A stretch of DNA of 64,000 nucleotides. Origin: Pseudomonadota bacterium (GTDB taxonomy: Bacteria > Pseudomonadota > Alphaproteobacteria > Rhizobiales > JAKPQE01). The DNA lies in assembly GCA_029572955.1 (NCBI GenBank), contig JAKPQE010000179.1:83650-147649 (forward strand). The letters run 5' to 3'. The notes under the pieces are model-generated. The model was not told where the DNA came from, did no database searches, and saw only the letters and a program-made list of their open reading frames with translations. Positions 9,276-18,715 of the stretch are shown piece by piece. The stretch's first letter is position 1, and every line of letters starts with the position of its first letter. A program made the position numbers and the translations under genes.

Positions 9276-10667
9276 TTAGCGGCTGCCGACGCGATAGGGG
9301 CGCGGGTCGTCGATGGAGACCCAGAGCTTGGAGTCGCGCTCGGACTGCCGCTTGATGTAGCGGTATTCGGTTCCGTACCAGGGCAGGACCTCGGCCTCCT
9401 GGTTGTCGAGAATGAAGTCGCCTTCGTCGGTGCGCACCGTCAGGACCGCGTGGCCGTCGCCGTTCTGGTCGCGCACGACCGTGATCAGCAGGGCCGAGGC
9501 GGGCCAGCCGCGTTCCGCGAGCAGGCGCTGCTTCAAGAGGACGTAGTCCTCGCAATCGCCGCGCCCGTTGTCGGGATAGGTCCACAGCTCGGCCACCCGA
9601 TAGAGGTCGATGTCGGTGACCGGCTCGATGGCCGCGTTGACATAGGCGTTGACGGCGACGAGTTCGTTCCACAGCGACCGGCTGAGGCGCACGATGCCCG
9701 GCGACTTGGTGCTCGTGTCGCATTCCGCGCGGTGCTTCTTGCAGAACTGCACGAAGCCGATCGGCGCCGACGTCGAGCCGGTGATTTCCATCGCCGGCGA
9801 GTCGCCCTTGCGGGACGCCACGTCCTCGACCATGGCGAGATACGGCGCCTCGGCGACGACCGGAACCTCGCGCTTGGCCTCGCGATAGGGCTCGTCCTTG
9901 CTCTTCTCGCTCTCGATCGCCGGCAGCTTGCGGCTGTCGTCGAAGGTCGGCGTGTAGCGCTGCTGGGCGGCGAGATCGGCCGCGCCATGGCTGTTGGTGA
10001 GGGCCGGCATCTGGCCCTGCTGGACCGGCGCCGGCGCCATGATGATCTGCTGCTGCGGCATCATCATCGGCTGCACGACATTGCTCTGGATCGGCAGGGC
10101 GATCGGCGCCTGATAGCCCTGCATGGCGGCCATGCCGCTCGGCTGGGCGATGATGACCTGCTGGCCGTAGCCGCTCTGCACCGGAATGAGCACCTGGCCC
10201 TGCGGCGTCTGGATCAGCTGATAGGTGTTCGGCTGCGAGATGATGACCTGCTGGCCGTATCCGCCCTGAACCGGAAGAAGCACCTGGTTCTGGTAGCCCT
10301 GCGGCACCGCATAGCCGACCCCACCGGCCATACCGTTCTGCATCGGCATGATAACCTGCTGCTGCCCGCCCGGCTGGGCGAGGATGACCGGCTGGTTGCC
10401 GGTCGCCGCGGCGGCGGCACCGTTCACATAAGACACGTTCTCGGCGGCAACGCGCGGACCGGTGATCTCGTCGGACACGGCATAGTCGTCCATGCCGGCG
10501 AACGAGATGAGATTGACGCGACCGCGGTCGGCGGAGCCGTCCTTGGCAGCCGAAGCGGCCGGCTTGTCCTTGTACTTGGCAACGTAGTCCGCAGCGTGGC
10601 TGACCTTTGCGGTCGAGACCATCAATGTTGCGGACAGCAAAACCAGTCCGGTGATCTTGTGAGCCAT
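9276..10667 (-). CDS. transglutaminase-like cysteine peptidase (BTLCP/C93) with signal peptide and long Gln-rich N-terminal region
   Basis: PIGFVQFC, GDCEDY, GHAVL, LDN catalytic motifs in the C-terminal ~170 aa. Confidence 0.92.
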   Translation of the reverse strand: MAHKITGLVLLSATLMVSTAKVSHAADYVAKYKDKPAASAAKDGSADRGRVNLISFAGMDDYAVSDEITGPRVAAENVSYVNGAAAAATGNQPVILAQPGGQQQVIMPMQNGMAGGVGYAVPQGYQNQVLLPVQGGYGQQVIISQPNTYQLIQTPQGQVLIPVQSGYGQQVIIAQPSGMAAMQGYQAPIALPIQSNVVQPMMMPQQQIIMAPAPVQQGQMPALTNSHGAADLAAQQRYTPTFDDSRKLPAIESEKSKDEPYREAKREVPVVAEAPYLAMVEDVASRKGDSPAMEITGSTSAPIGFVQFCKKHRAECDTSTKSPGIVRLSRSLWNELVAVNAYVNAAIEPVTDIDLYRVAELWTYPDNGRGDCEDYVLLKQRLLAERGWPASALLITVVRDQNGDGHAVLTVRTDEGDFILDNQEAEVLPWYGTEYRYIKRQSERDSKLWVSIDDPRPYRVGSR

Positions 10668-11268
10668 TGTTGTCCGTCCCCTGTTGTGGGAAGGACTTTC
10701 TCACAGACACTTTTATTTGCGGCTAAGTAGAGCGAGTGGATTTGATGTGAATTGAAGTTGAATTCGATTCAAATTTTATCCAATTCCCGCCGATGCCGCG
10801 ATGCGCCCGGTTTTCCGTGCCGAAGCCAAGGTTCCAAAAGTCGTCGAGTTGTCCGGAGTCATAATACAACACATTGAAAAATCGCAATAATTTGACACGA
10901 ATGCGGTTCGTTCGATCGTCGCGCCCCGCGCCGGGGTCCAGGCGGATGCCGGCCGTGGCAGCCGTTTCGGGTGCATCCGCCGGTGCCCGACAGGCGTTAT
11001 TTTGGCATCGAATGGCCGTCTGGCGCTGCGGTGATGCTTAAGCAACACCTAAGATATATCTTCCGGAACGATGTCGAAGACGCCAAGGCGTATGGATAAA
11101 CGATCTGATTACCAAGAACGGCAAGCTGTTCTTTACGGATAGCCGCGCGTCGGCCGCCTCGCGGCATCCATCCTTGCCGGTTGCCTCGGCCCCGACCGCG
11201 CCGCATAGTGCCCGGCGCGCCGAGACCTCGACCCGAGGAGGATCTTCGTCGCCATTCGAGGTCGCGGC

Positions 11269-12132
11269 ATGATCATCACCCGGATTTACTGCGGCCTCGG
11301 CAATCAGATGTTTCAATACGCCGTTGGCCGCCGCCTCGCGCTGGAGCGCGGGGTGCCGCTCGGGCTCGAAACGACCTTCTATCGCACCAACAGCTTTCGC
11401 CAGTACCGGCTCGATCACTTCCGGATCGCCGGCAGGGTGCTCACCGACCGCGAGCTGAGGGTGCTCGAGCCGCCGTCCGGCCGCTGGGAGAAACTGGCGC
11501 GGCGCATTCGCCGGCAACGGCCCTATCGGTCGTATTTCGAGCATGCCTTCCGGTTTCACCCGGAGGTCGTCGACGCCCCGAAGAACAGCTATGTCGCCGG
11601 CTACTGGCAAAGCGAGAAGTATTTCGACACCGTCGCCGACACGATCCGCGCCGATTTCGCCCTCGTCGCGCCGATGACCGCGCCGCGCGCCGCCATTCGC
11701 GACGGGATGCGCGGTGCCAATGCCGTGTCGCTGCACATCCGCCGTGGCGACTATGCCAGCGACCCGGAGATCACGGCGAAGCACGGCCTGATCCCGATCC
11801 CCTGGTACGAGGACGCCGTCCGCTTCATCAAGGCGCGCGTGCCCGACACCGTCTTCTATGTCTTCAGCGACGACCCGGACTGGGCCGAGGCGCATCTGAA
11901 GCTCTCCGACCCTTGTGTCCTCGTGCGGCCCGATCCGGACGGCCGCGACTTCGAGGATTTGCACCTGATGGCCGCCTGCCGGCACCACATCATCGCCAAC
12001 AGCTCGTTCAGCTGGTGGGGCGCCTGGCTCGACCCGCGACCCGACAAGATCGTGATCGCGCCGCAGAAATGGTTCGACGGCGGGCCGAGCGACACCGAAG
12101 ACATCGTGCCCGAGACCTGGATCAGGATGTGA
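11269..12132 (+). CDS. alpha-1,2-fucosyltransferase (GT11)
   Basis: GLGNQMFQYA, GYWQSEKYF, SLHIRRGDY, FSDD, IIANSSFSWWGAWL. Confidence 0.95.
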   Translation: MIITRIYCGLGNQMFQYAVGRRLALERGVPLGLETTFYRTNSFRQYRLDHFRIAGRVLTDRELRVLEPPSGRWEKLARRIRRQRPYRSYFEHAFRFHPEVVDAPKNSYVAGYWQSEKYFDTVADTIRADFALVAPMTAPRAAIRDGMRGANAVSLHIRRGDYASDPEITAKHGLIPIPWYEDAVRFIKARVPDTVFYVFSDDPDWAEAHLKLSDPCVLVRPDPDGRDFEDLHLMAACRHHIIANSSFSWWGAWLDPRPDKIVIAPQKWFDGGPSDTEDIVPETWIRM

Positions 12133-12229
12133 GGCAAGGCCGGCCCGGAACGGTTGGGCCTCGTCGGCAATGCTCTGTGCCGCGTGCCCGGGCGTTGCCC
12201 GGTCAGCCGCGGATCCCGTGCGATCTCGT

Positions 12230-12367
12230 CTAATGGCAGTGAACGGATCCGGTGCTGTTGTCCATGTGACAGCACTGCGGGAGATTCGCTTTTCGGCAGC
12301 CGCCGCCATGGCCGAGGGCCGGGGAGACGGCAACCAGGCTTGCGACAAACAGAAGAACCAGCCTCAT
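12230..12367 (-). CDS. 45-aa secreted His/Cys microprotein (YHYH-like)
   Basis: Manual translation MRLVLLFVASLVAVSPALG-HGGGCRKANLPQCCHMDNSTGSVHCH; GAGGA RBS; below the ORF-track cutoff. Confidence 0.75.
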   Translation of the reverse strand: MRLVLLFVASLVAVSPALGHGGGCRKANLPQCCHMDNSTGSVHCH

Positions 12368-12649
12368 GACGGCGCCATCCTCAAGATGAAGTCGAACAGG
12401 GAAGCGGCATCATAGGTTGCGGCTGCGCTCGGCCACAAGGTCGCGACGGCAACCGTTGGTGATGCCTTCGGCAAAGCAGGGTTGCATCTGTCTCTAGCAG
12501 ATGGACGGGAGGCGCCGGCGCGATCGGAATAGCCCGCCGCGACGGCACCGATGCGAACGCCGGGGCCGGCAAGCGCGACAGCGCTCCGGGCGAAGAGGCT
12601 CACCGCCGCGGAGGCGTTGAACAATGCCAATCTGCCGTGAGCGAAATAA

Positions 12650-12724
12650 TGGCGCTCCCTAGGGGAGTCGAACCCCTCTTTCCAGATTGAAAATCTGGCG
12701 TCCTAACCGATAGACGAAGGGAGC
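12650..12724 (-). tRNA. tRNA-Glu (TTC)
   Basis: Cloverleaf GCTCCC...CCAGA-TT-TTC-AA-TCTGG...GGTTCGACTCC...GGGAGCGCCA. Confidence 0.96.
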
Positions 12725-12815
12725 GTCGCGGCGCCTTATAAAGACGTTTCCCGAACCCGGCAAGAGCCTTGCGCGCACATCCACAGGGCCTCGCCGAACG
12801 ACCTCGGACGGCGCC

Positions 12816-13235
12816 TCACCAGCGGCCGCTATTCTCCATCGAGGCCCATGGCTCGGCTGGCGCAAGGGCGTCGCCCTTCTGCAGCAGCTCGATCGAGATA
12901 TTGTCCGGCGAGCGCACGAAGGCCATGCGGCCGTCGCGCGGCGGCCGGTTGATGGTGACGCCCTCGGCCATCAGCCGGGCGCAGGTCGCGTAGATGTCGT
13001 CGACGGCAAAGGCGAGGTGGCCGAAATTGCGGCCCTCACCATAGGGTTCCGGGTCCCAGTTGTAGGTCAGCTCGATCTCCGCTTCCTCGTCGCCCGGCGG
13101 GGCGAGGAAGACGAGGGTGAAGCGGCCGCCCGGCACATCCTTGCGCCGCCGTTCGACGAGGCCGAGCTTGCGGCAATAGAAATCGAGCGACTGCTCGAGA
13201 TCGCTGACCCGGACCATGGTGTGCAGGAACTTCAT
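12816..13235 (-). CDS. VOC family protein (lactoylglutathione lyase-like)
   Basis: [32 protein letters not shown]. Confidence 0.92.
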   Translation of the reverse strand: MKFLHTMVRVSDLEQSLDFYCRKLGLVERRRKDVPGGRFTLVFLAPPGDEEAEIELTYNWDPEPYGEGRNFGHLAFAVDDIYATCARLMAEGVTINRPPRDGRMAFVRSPDNISIELLQKGDALAPAEPWASMENSGRW

Positions 13236-13345
13236 CGCGGCGCCTCCGTCTCGAAGCCCGCTGGGAGGGCGGGCGGCATGGCAATGATAGGCCGGCCGCC
13301 CGCAAAGGAAATGCCCTGCCGCGAAGCCCCGTCGGTCCCGGCTGC

Positions 13346-13738
13346 TCACTTGCAGCACTTCTTTTCGTTGGCGCCGCCGCAGCAATAGGAACCGGACTCG
13401 CAGCAATAGGCGCCGACGCAGCCGACCCAGCCGCTCTTGCAGCAGAAATACTCGTTGCCGTCGTACTTGCAGTCCGGCGCCTCGTCCGGGCACCACGAAT
13501 TGGAGTTCGCCGGGCATTCGTCGCCCGCCGCGAGCCGGACGCCCTTCGGCGGCGCCTTCGGCAGGCCCGGCGTCTCGACGAGCGTCGCGACCGCCCGGCA
13601 TCCCGTGCCGTCACCATCGCCCGCCACGGCCCTGGTGACACAGTCCCTGAGATCGCCGGCAAGAGCGCCGCCGCTCCATCCAAGCATGAGGCCGGCGGCG
13701 AGCGCCGAAAGCACCAGCGCCTTGCGGATGGTCTTCAT
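13346..13738 (-). CDS. secreted cysteine-rich hypothetical protein (130 aa, 14 Cys)
   Basis: GGAGGG RBS, Sec-type signal [27 protein letters not shown], 12 Cys in the C-terminal ~57 aa. Confidence 0.75.
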   Translation of the reverse strand: MKTIRKALVLSALAAGLMLGWSGGALAGDLRDCVTRAVAGDGDGTGCRAVATLVETPGLPKAPPKGVRLAAGDECPANSNSWCPDEAPDCKYDGNEYFCCKSGWVGCVGAYCCESGSYCCGGANEKKCCK

Positions 13739-13868
13739 CGTTCCCTCCCGTCTTTTTGGCCGGAGCCGACTGCTGCTCTCGCGAGCTTGCGATCGAACTC
13801 CCGCATGATTATTCGTGGAACCGGGAGGATCGGTTCCAATCGGCCGGGCGTGTGCCGGGAGAGCTGCC

Positions 13869-14633
13869 ATGACCGTTTTCGAAGACCTTGCCGAGAGCCG
13901 CCGTCAGCTCGGCGAAGCGGTTGCCGCCGCACGGCGCATCGTCTTCTTCACCGGCGCCGGCATGTCGACCGAATCCGGCATCCCCGACTTCCGCAGCCCG
14001 GGCGGCTACTGGTCGACGCGCAAGCCGATCATGTTCGACGATTTCTGCACATCGCGGGAGGCGCGGCAGGAGGATTGGCGGCGGCGCTACGATCTTGCCG
14101 ATCAGCTCGCCGCGACCGAGCCGAACGCCGGACACTTCGAGATCGCCCGCATGGTCGCTTGCGGTCGCGCCAGCCACGTGATCACCCAGAACATCGACGG
14201 CCTGCACCAGCGCGCCGGCACGCCGCCGGAAAAGGTCATCGAGCTGCATGGCAACGCCACCTACGCGACATGCCTGTCCTGCGGCCTCCATCACGGGCTC
14301 GACGATCTGCGGCCCGAGTTCGAGGCGACCGGAGAGCCGCCGGTCTGCCGCTACTGCGGCGGCCTCGTCAAGGCGGCGGTCGTCTCGTTCGGCCAGGCGA
14401 TGCCGTCGGGCCCGATGGCCGCGGCACACGAGGCGAGCCTTGCCGCCGACCTCTTCGTCGTGCTCGGCTCCTCGCTGGTTGTATATCCCGCGGCGGGGTT
14501 CCCCTTGCTTGCCAGGCGAAACGGCGCCACTCTGGTGATCGTCAACCGGGAAGCGACGCCGCTCGACGCCGAAGCCGATCTTGTCCTCGAGGGTGAAATC
14601 GGCGAGGTGCTGCGCGGAATATCTGCCGGGTAG
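13869..14633 (+). CDS. Sir2-family NAD-dependent deacylase
   Basis: GAGMSTESGIPDFR, TQNIDGLHQRAG, ELHG, two CxxC, GSSL, VNRE. Confidence 0.95.
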   Translation: MTVFEDLAESRRQLGEAVAAARRIVFFTGAGMSTESGIPDFRSPGGYWSTRKPIMFDDFCTSREARQEDWRRRYDLADQLAATEPNAGHFEIARMVACGRASHVITQNIDGLHQRAGTPPEKVIELHGNATYATCLSCGLHHGLDDLRPEFEATGEPPVCRYCGGLVKAAVVSFGQAMPSGPMAAAHEASLAADLFVVLGSSLVVYPAAGFPLLARRNGATLVIVNREATPLDAEADLVLEGEIGEVLRGISAG

Positions 14634-14786
14634 GCGGACCTTTGCCGGCTCCCGGGCGCGGCTAACGGGGGAAAATTGCGCAAAAGACGCTAGTCAGGCG
14701 GCAACTCGATGCTATCCTGCCTGACGAGAATCAGCACCCAAGTGCTGTTGGCGGACGTAGCGTTTTCGACATTCGGGGTTGGACAG

Positions 14787-15365
14787 ATGGGGGCCAAGAT
14801 AACGCCTGAACCGTATCTGGCCGAAGATCTCGGCGACGAGGCTTCCCTCGACGTCTTCGAGATTGCCGGCGTGATCAAATGGTTCGACGTCGCCAAAGGC
14901 TTCGGCTTCATCGTGCCGGACAACGGCATGCCCGACATCCTGCTCCATGTCACCTGCCTGCGCCGCGACGGTTTCCAGACCGCCTATGAGGGCGCCCGCG
15001 TCGTCTGCGAGGTGCTCGACCGGCCGCGCGGCCTGCAGTGCCTGCGCCTCCTGTCGATGGACGAGTCGACCGCCGTTCATCCCTCGCAGCTGCCGCCCTC
15101 GCGCACCCATGTCGCGGTGACGGCGACGAGCGGCCTCGAACGGGCCGAGGTGAAGTGGTTCAACCGCGTCCGCGGCTTCGGCTTCGTCACCTGCGGCGAG
15201 GGCCAGCCGGACATCTTCGTCCACATGGAGACGCTGCGCCGCTACGGCATGACCGAGCTGCGTCCCGGCCAGATCGTGCTGGTGCGCTATGGCGAGGGGC
15301 CGAAGGGCCTGATGGCCGCCGAGATCCGTCCCGACAACGGGCGCGGCGCGCCGGCCTCGCACTGA
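14787..15365 (+). CDS. tandem cold-shock domain protein
   Basis: Two CSDs ([13 protein letters not shown]; [16 protein letters not shown]). Confidence 0.93.
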   Translation: MGAKITPEPYLAEDLGDEASLDVFEIAGVIKWFDVAKGFGFIVPDNGMPDILLHVTCLRRDGFQTAYEGARVVCEVLDRPRGLQCLRLLSMDESTAVHPSQLPPSRTHVAVTATSGLERAEVKWFNRVRGFGFVTCGEGQPDIFVHMETLRRYGMTELRPGQIVLVRYGEGPKGLMAAEIRPDNGRGAPASH

Positions 15366-15404
15366 CCGCCGTTCCTTTTCGCATTTGCCGTCCGGCTGCG
15401 CGCA

Positions 15405-15944
15405 ATGGCCTTGCGCGTTCGGCCGGGCGTGCGCATATGCTTCCACCCGGGAGCAAACAGGAAGGGTGTCGCCGTGCCGCTCGCAAGCCGCCTCGCGCTG
15501 GTGTTCGGTCTCGTCCTTGCCGCCATCGTCGGCGGCTGCAGCGACGAGGTCGCGAGCGATCCGGGCAAGCTGACCCTCGTTACCGCCAGCGGGCGCCACG
15601 TCTACGGCGTTGAGCTGGCGCTGACGCCGGAAATGCAGGCGCGCGGCCTCATGTACCGCCGCGAGATGTCGGCCGATCACGGCATGCTGTTCGATTTCCG
15701 GGAGCCGAAGGAGGCGCATTTCTGGATGCGCAACACCTTCATTCCGCTCGACATCATCTTCATTGCCGGCAACGGCCGGGTGCATCGGATCGCCGCCGAC
15801 ACCGAGCCGCTGTCCGACACGATCGTGCCGTCGGAGGGGCCGGTGCGCGCCGTGCTCGAGCTCAATGCCGGAACGGCCGCGGCGATCGGGCTCGCGCCCG
15901 GCGACCGCGTCGAGCACCCGGTCTTTGCCGAACCGGTGAAGTGA
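15405..15944 (+). CDS. DUF192 domain protein (true start may be downstream)
   Basis: RGLMYR, GMLFDF, FWMRNTFIPLDIIFI, VLELNAG. Confidence 0.9.
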   Translation: MALRVRPGVRICFHPGANRKGVAVPLASRLALVFGLVLAAIVGGCSDEVASDPGKLTLVTASGRHVYGVELALTPEMQARGLMYRREMSADHGMLFDFREPKEAHFWMRNTFIPLDIIFIAGNGRVHRIAADTEPLSDTIVPSEGPVRAVLELNAGTAAAIGLAPGDRVEHPVFAEPVK

Positions 15945-15953
15945 GGCGCGGCC

Positions 15954-16535
15954 TCAGTTCAGCCGTTCGATGTCGACCGCGGTCGTGCCACGCCGGCGGA
16001 AGCCGAGTTCGTTGGCCGCGGCGTAGCTGAGGTCGATCACCCGGCCCTTGGCGAACGGGCCGCGATCGTTGATCCGCACCACGACCGAGCGGCAGGAGTG
16101 GAGATCGGTGACCCGCACCCTGGTGCCGAAGGGCAGGGAACGGTGCGCCGCCGTCATCGCATGCATGTCGAAGGTCTCGCCGCTGGCGGTGCGCCGGCCG
16201 TGAAACTTCGTGGCGTAGTAGGAGGCGCGGCCGTCGGAGGCGCGGCCGGAACAGCCGCTGCGCGAGCCGGCGGCGATGATCTCGGTCGCCTTGCTGGCGG
16301 GCGTCGCGTCGGCATAGGCGACGGCGAGGGCCTGGAGATTGGACGGGCGGATCATCGGCAGCGGCGTCGCCGCGGCGACCTCGGCCGGGATCGGTTCGCC
16401 GGCGACGTCCTCGCTGGCCGGAGCGGTGGCGCCGGCGGCGAGCCGGGCATTGGTCTCGTTGGTCACGCAGCCGGCGAGCGGCGCGATCGCCACGAGCGCC
16501 GTGGCCGCGAAAAGAAGCGATTTCAGCAAATGCAC
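15954..16535 (-). CDS. RlpA-family lipoprotein (DPBB domain, no SPOR domain)
   Basis: Lipobox LAGC; [34 protein letters not shown]. Confidence 0.9.
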   Translation of the reverse strand: MHLLKSLLFAATALVAIAPLAGCVTNETNARLAAGATAPASEDVAGEPIPAEVAAATPLPMIRPSNLQALAVAYADATPASKATEIIAAGSRSGCSGRASDGRASYYATKFHGRRTASGETFDMHAMTAAHRSLPFGTRVRVTDLHSCRSVVVRINDRGPFAKGRVIDLSYAAANELGFRRRGTTAVDIERLN

Positions 16536-16738
16536 ATTCCCTGTCTCGGGCCGCCGATACGGTTGTCGGCAGCTTGTGTTCCTCGCCCTATGGCCGCCAA
16601 AAAAGGGCAATTTCGTGACCCCGACCACGATCGCGGGACACGAGCGGCAAAGGTGTGGCGGGACGGCCACGCGCCGGGCTCTTTGCGGTTGCGGCGAATG
16701 GGCGGACGGGCTAGGAAAATTCCGCGGCAAACCGGTAT

Positions 16739-16815
<77 letters not shown>

Positions 16816-17018
16816 GTCCGCCGCAGTGCCCGCCGCGGACCGGCGGCCCCGGCGGGGTCGATTTGCCGGCTGGACAGGGGCGCCGGCCTCTGCTGCACTG
16901 CCGGCAACGCAATGCTTGGCGCCGGGCGGCCATACGTCCGCAGCGGGCGGACGGACCGAACGAGGCAATGGAACCCGCGGCAAGGGGCGACCGGCCGCGG
17001 AAGAGCACGGAGCGCGAC

Positions 17019-17324
17019 ATGACGGCTCGCATCTACAGACCGACCAAGACGGCCATGCAGTCCGGAAGGGCCAAGACTCATCGCTGGCTGCTCGAGTTCG
17101 AGCCGAGCGCGCCGCGCAGCGCCGACCCGCTGATGGGCTGGACGTCGTCGAGCGACATGACGAGCCAGGTCCGCATGTTCTTTGCGAGCAAGGAAGAGGC
17201 CCTCGCCTATGCCGAGAAGCACGGCATCGACTTCGTCCTGACCGAGCCCAAGGAGCGCCGCGCCAAGGCCATCTCCTATGCCGAGAATTTCCGCTCGGAC
17301 CGCATCGGCCTGTGGACCCACTGA
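17019..17324 (+). CDS. ETC complex I subunit conserved-region protein (NDUFS4-like)
   Basis: [29 protein letters not shown]. Confidence 0.93.
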   Translation: MTARIYRPTKTAMQSGRAKTHRWLLEFEPSAPRSADPLMGWTSSSDMTSQVRMFFASKEEALAYAEKHGIDFVLTEPKERRAKAISYAENFRSDRIGLWTH

Positions 17325-17418
17325 TCGACCGGCGATCGGACGAACCGGTCGGCCATCGAGACAATCGCCGGCAGGGCAGGCGCCCGCCGGCCCGGCGCGA
17401 CCATGACGGCGCGCCCAC

Positions 17419-17495
17419 GGCCCCGTAGCTCAGCCGGATAGAGCAGCAGCCTTCTAAGCTGTTGGTCGCAGGTTCGAATCCTGCCGGGGTCGCCA
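17419..17495 (+). tRNA. tRNA-Arg (TCT)
   Basis: GGCCCCG...GCAGC-CT-TCT-AA-GCTGT...GGTTCGAATCC...GGGGTCGCCA. Confidence 0.96.
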
Positions 17496-17683
17496 TCTTT
17501 CAAGCGACAGGCACGTTGCGAGCAACCGGTTGGCTGGCCGCCGGACCGCCAATCCGGCCGACCGGTTTGTCAGAATTCTCCATGCGGTGTATGCAGCCCG
17601 GCAACTATGTAGCGGTTCTGCGGCCCTGCCGACGATGGCAGCGAGGCGCCGGCAGACCGCACTGAGACAGGGCTTGTTCGAGC

Positions 17684-18568
17684 ATGGCTGAAACCGAGAA
17701 CCACATCGTCATTGGTATTCCGAAGGGAAGCCTGCAGGAGACAACGAAAAAGCTGTTCGCGCTCGCCGGCTTCGATCTGCGCATTTCGGGTCGATCCTAC
17801 TATCCGAGCATCGACGATCCCGAAATCCGCTGCGTTCTCATCCGGCCGCAGGAAATGGCGCGCTATGTCGAGCACGGCATCCTCGACTGCGCCATCACCG
17901 GGCTCGACTGGCTGCAGGAAACCGGCGCCGACGTTGCCGAACTGGCGGACCTCAAGGCGCCATGGCCGAACTACGGCACCGTGCGCTGGGTGATGGCGGC
18001 CAAGAACGGCTCGGCCTTCGGCACGGTCGAGGATTTGCAGGGCAAGCGCATCGCCACCGAGGCGGTCGGCATGACCAGGCGGTTCCTCGATGCCCACGGC
18101 GTCTCGGCCAATGTCGAATTTTCCTGGGGTGCCACCGAGGTCAAGCCGCCGCTTCTGGCGGATGCCATCGTCGATGTCTCCGAAACCGGCTCCAGCCTGC
18201 GCGCCAACGATCTCAAGGTGCTGCATGTGGTGCTCGAATCGACGCCGCGGTTCATCGCCAACCACGAATCCCTGAAAGTCGCGTGGAAGAAGGACAAGAT
18301 CGACCGTGTCCTGATGCTCCTGAACGCCGCCATTGCGGCGGCGACCCGGGTGCTGATCGCCATGAACGTGCCGCAGGACCGGGTCGAGAAAGTGCTGGCA
18401 TTGCTGCCGGCGCTCAGCACGCCGACGGTTTCCACCCTGGCCGACGCGAAATGGGTCGATATCAGCACCGTGGTGGAAGAAAAGACCGTGCGCGATCTCG
18501 TCCCGAAGCTCTATGAAGCCGGCGCTCGCGGCATCATCGAAATGCCGCTCAACAAGATCGTCGAATAG
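17684..18568 (+). CDS. hisG: ATP phosphoribosyltransferase, long form
   Basis: IPKGSL, RPQEM, DAIVDVSETGSSLRAN PRPP loop, C-terminal regulatory domain ending GARGIIEMPL. Confidence 0.93.
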   Translation: MAETENHIVIGIPKGSLQETTKKLFALAGFDLRISGRSYYPSIDDPEIRCVLIRPQEMARYVEHGILDCAITGLDWLQETGADVAELADLKAPWPNYGTVRWVMAAKNGSAFGTVEDLQGKRIATEAVGMTRRFLDAHGVSANVEFSWGATEVKPPLLADAIVDVSETGSSLRANDLKVLHVVLESTPRFIANHESLKVAWKKDKIDRVLMLLNAAIAAATRVLIAMNVPQDRVEKVLALLPALSTPTVSTLADAKWVDISTVVEEKTVRDLVPKLYEAGARGIIEMPLNKIVE

Positions 18569-18715
18569 CCCCTCCGGCCTGATTCCCGGCTCGTTTGCCT
18601 GAAGCGGGAGCGATCGGGTGCCATCCGGTCTCCGTCGGCGCGCCGACAGGTGCCGATCGGCGAAAAGGCGCCGGGACGGACCACCTCGGCGGCCGTGCGA
18701 TGACCATCGATCCGG

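Noticed and set aside
12364-12630. 88-aa ORF overlapping the microprotein start (ATGA)
   Set aside because: TTG start without a clear RBS, atypical codons and no motif; the overlap may be chance
13869-14633. Sir2 as an anti-phage defence gene, or as a cognate partner of Pat
   Set aside because: Canonical zinc-binding CobB-type deacylase in housekeeping context, 13 kb from pat, with no defence partners nearby
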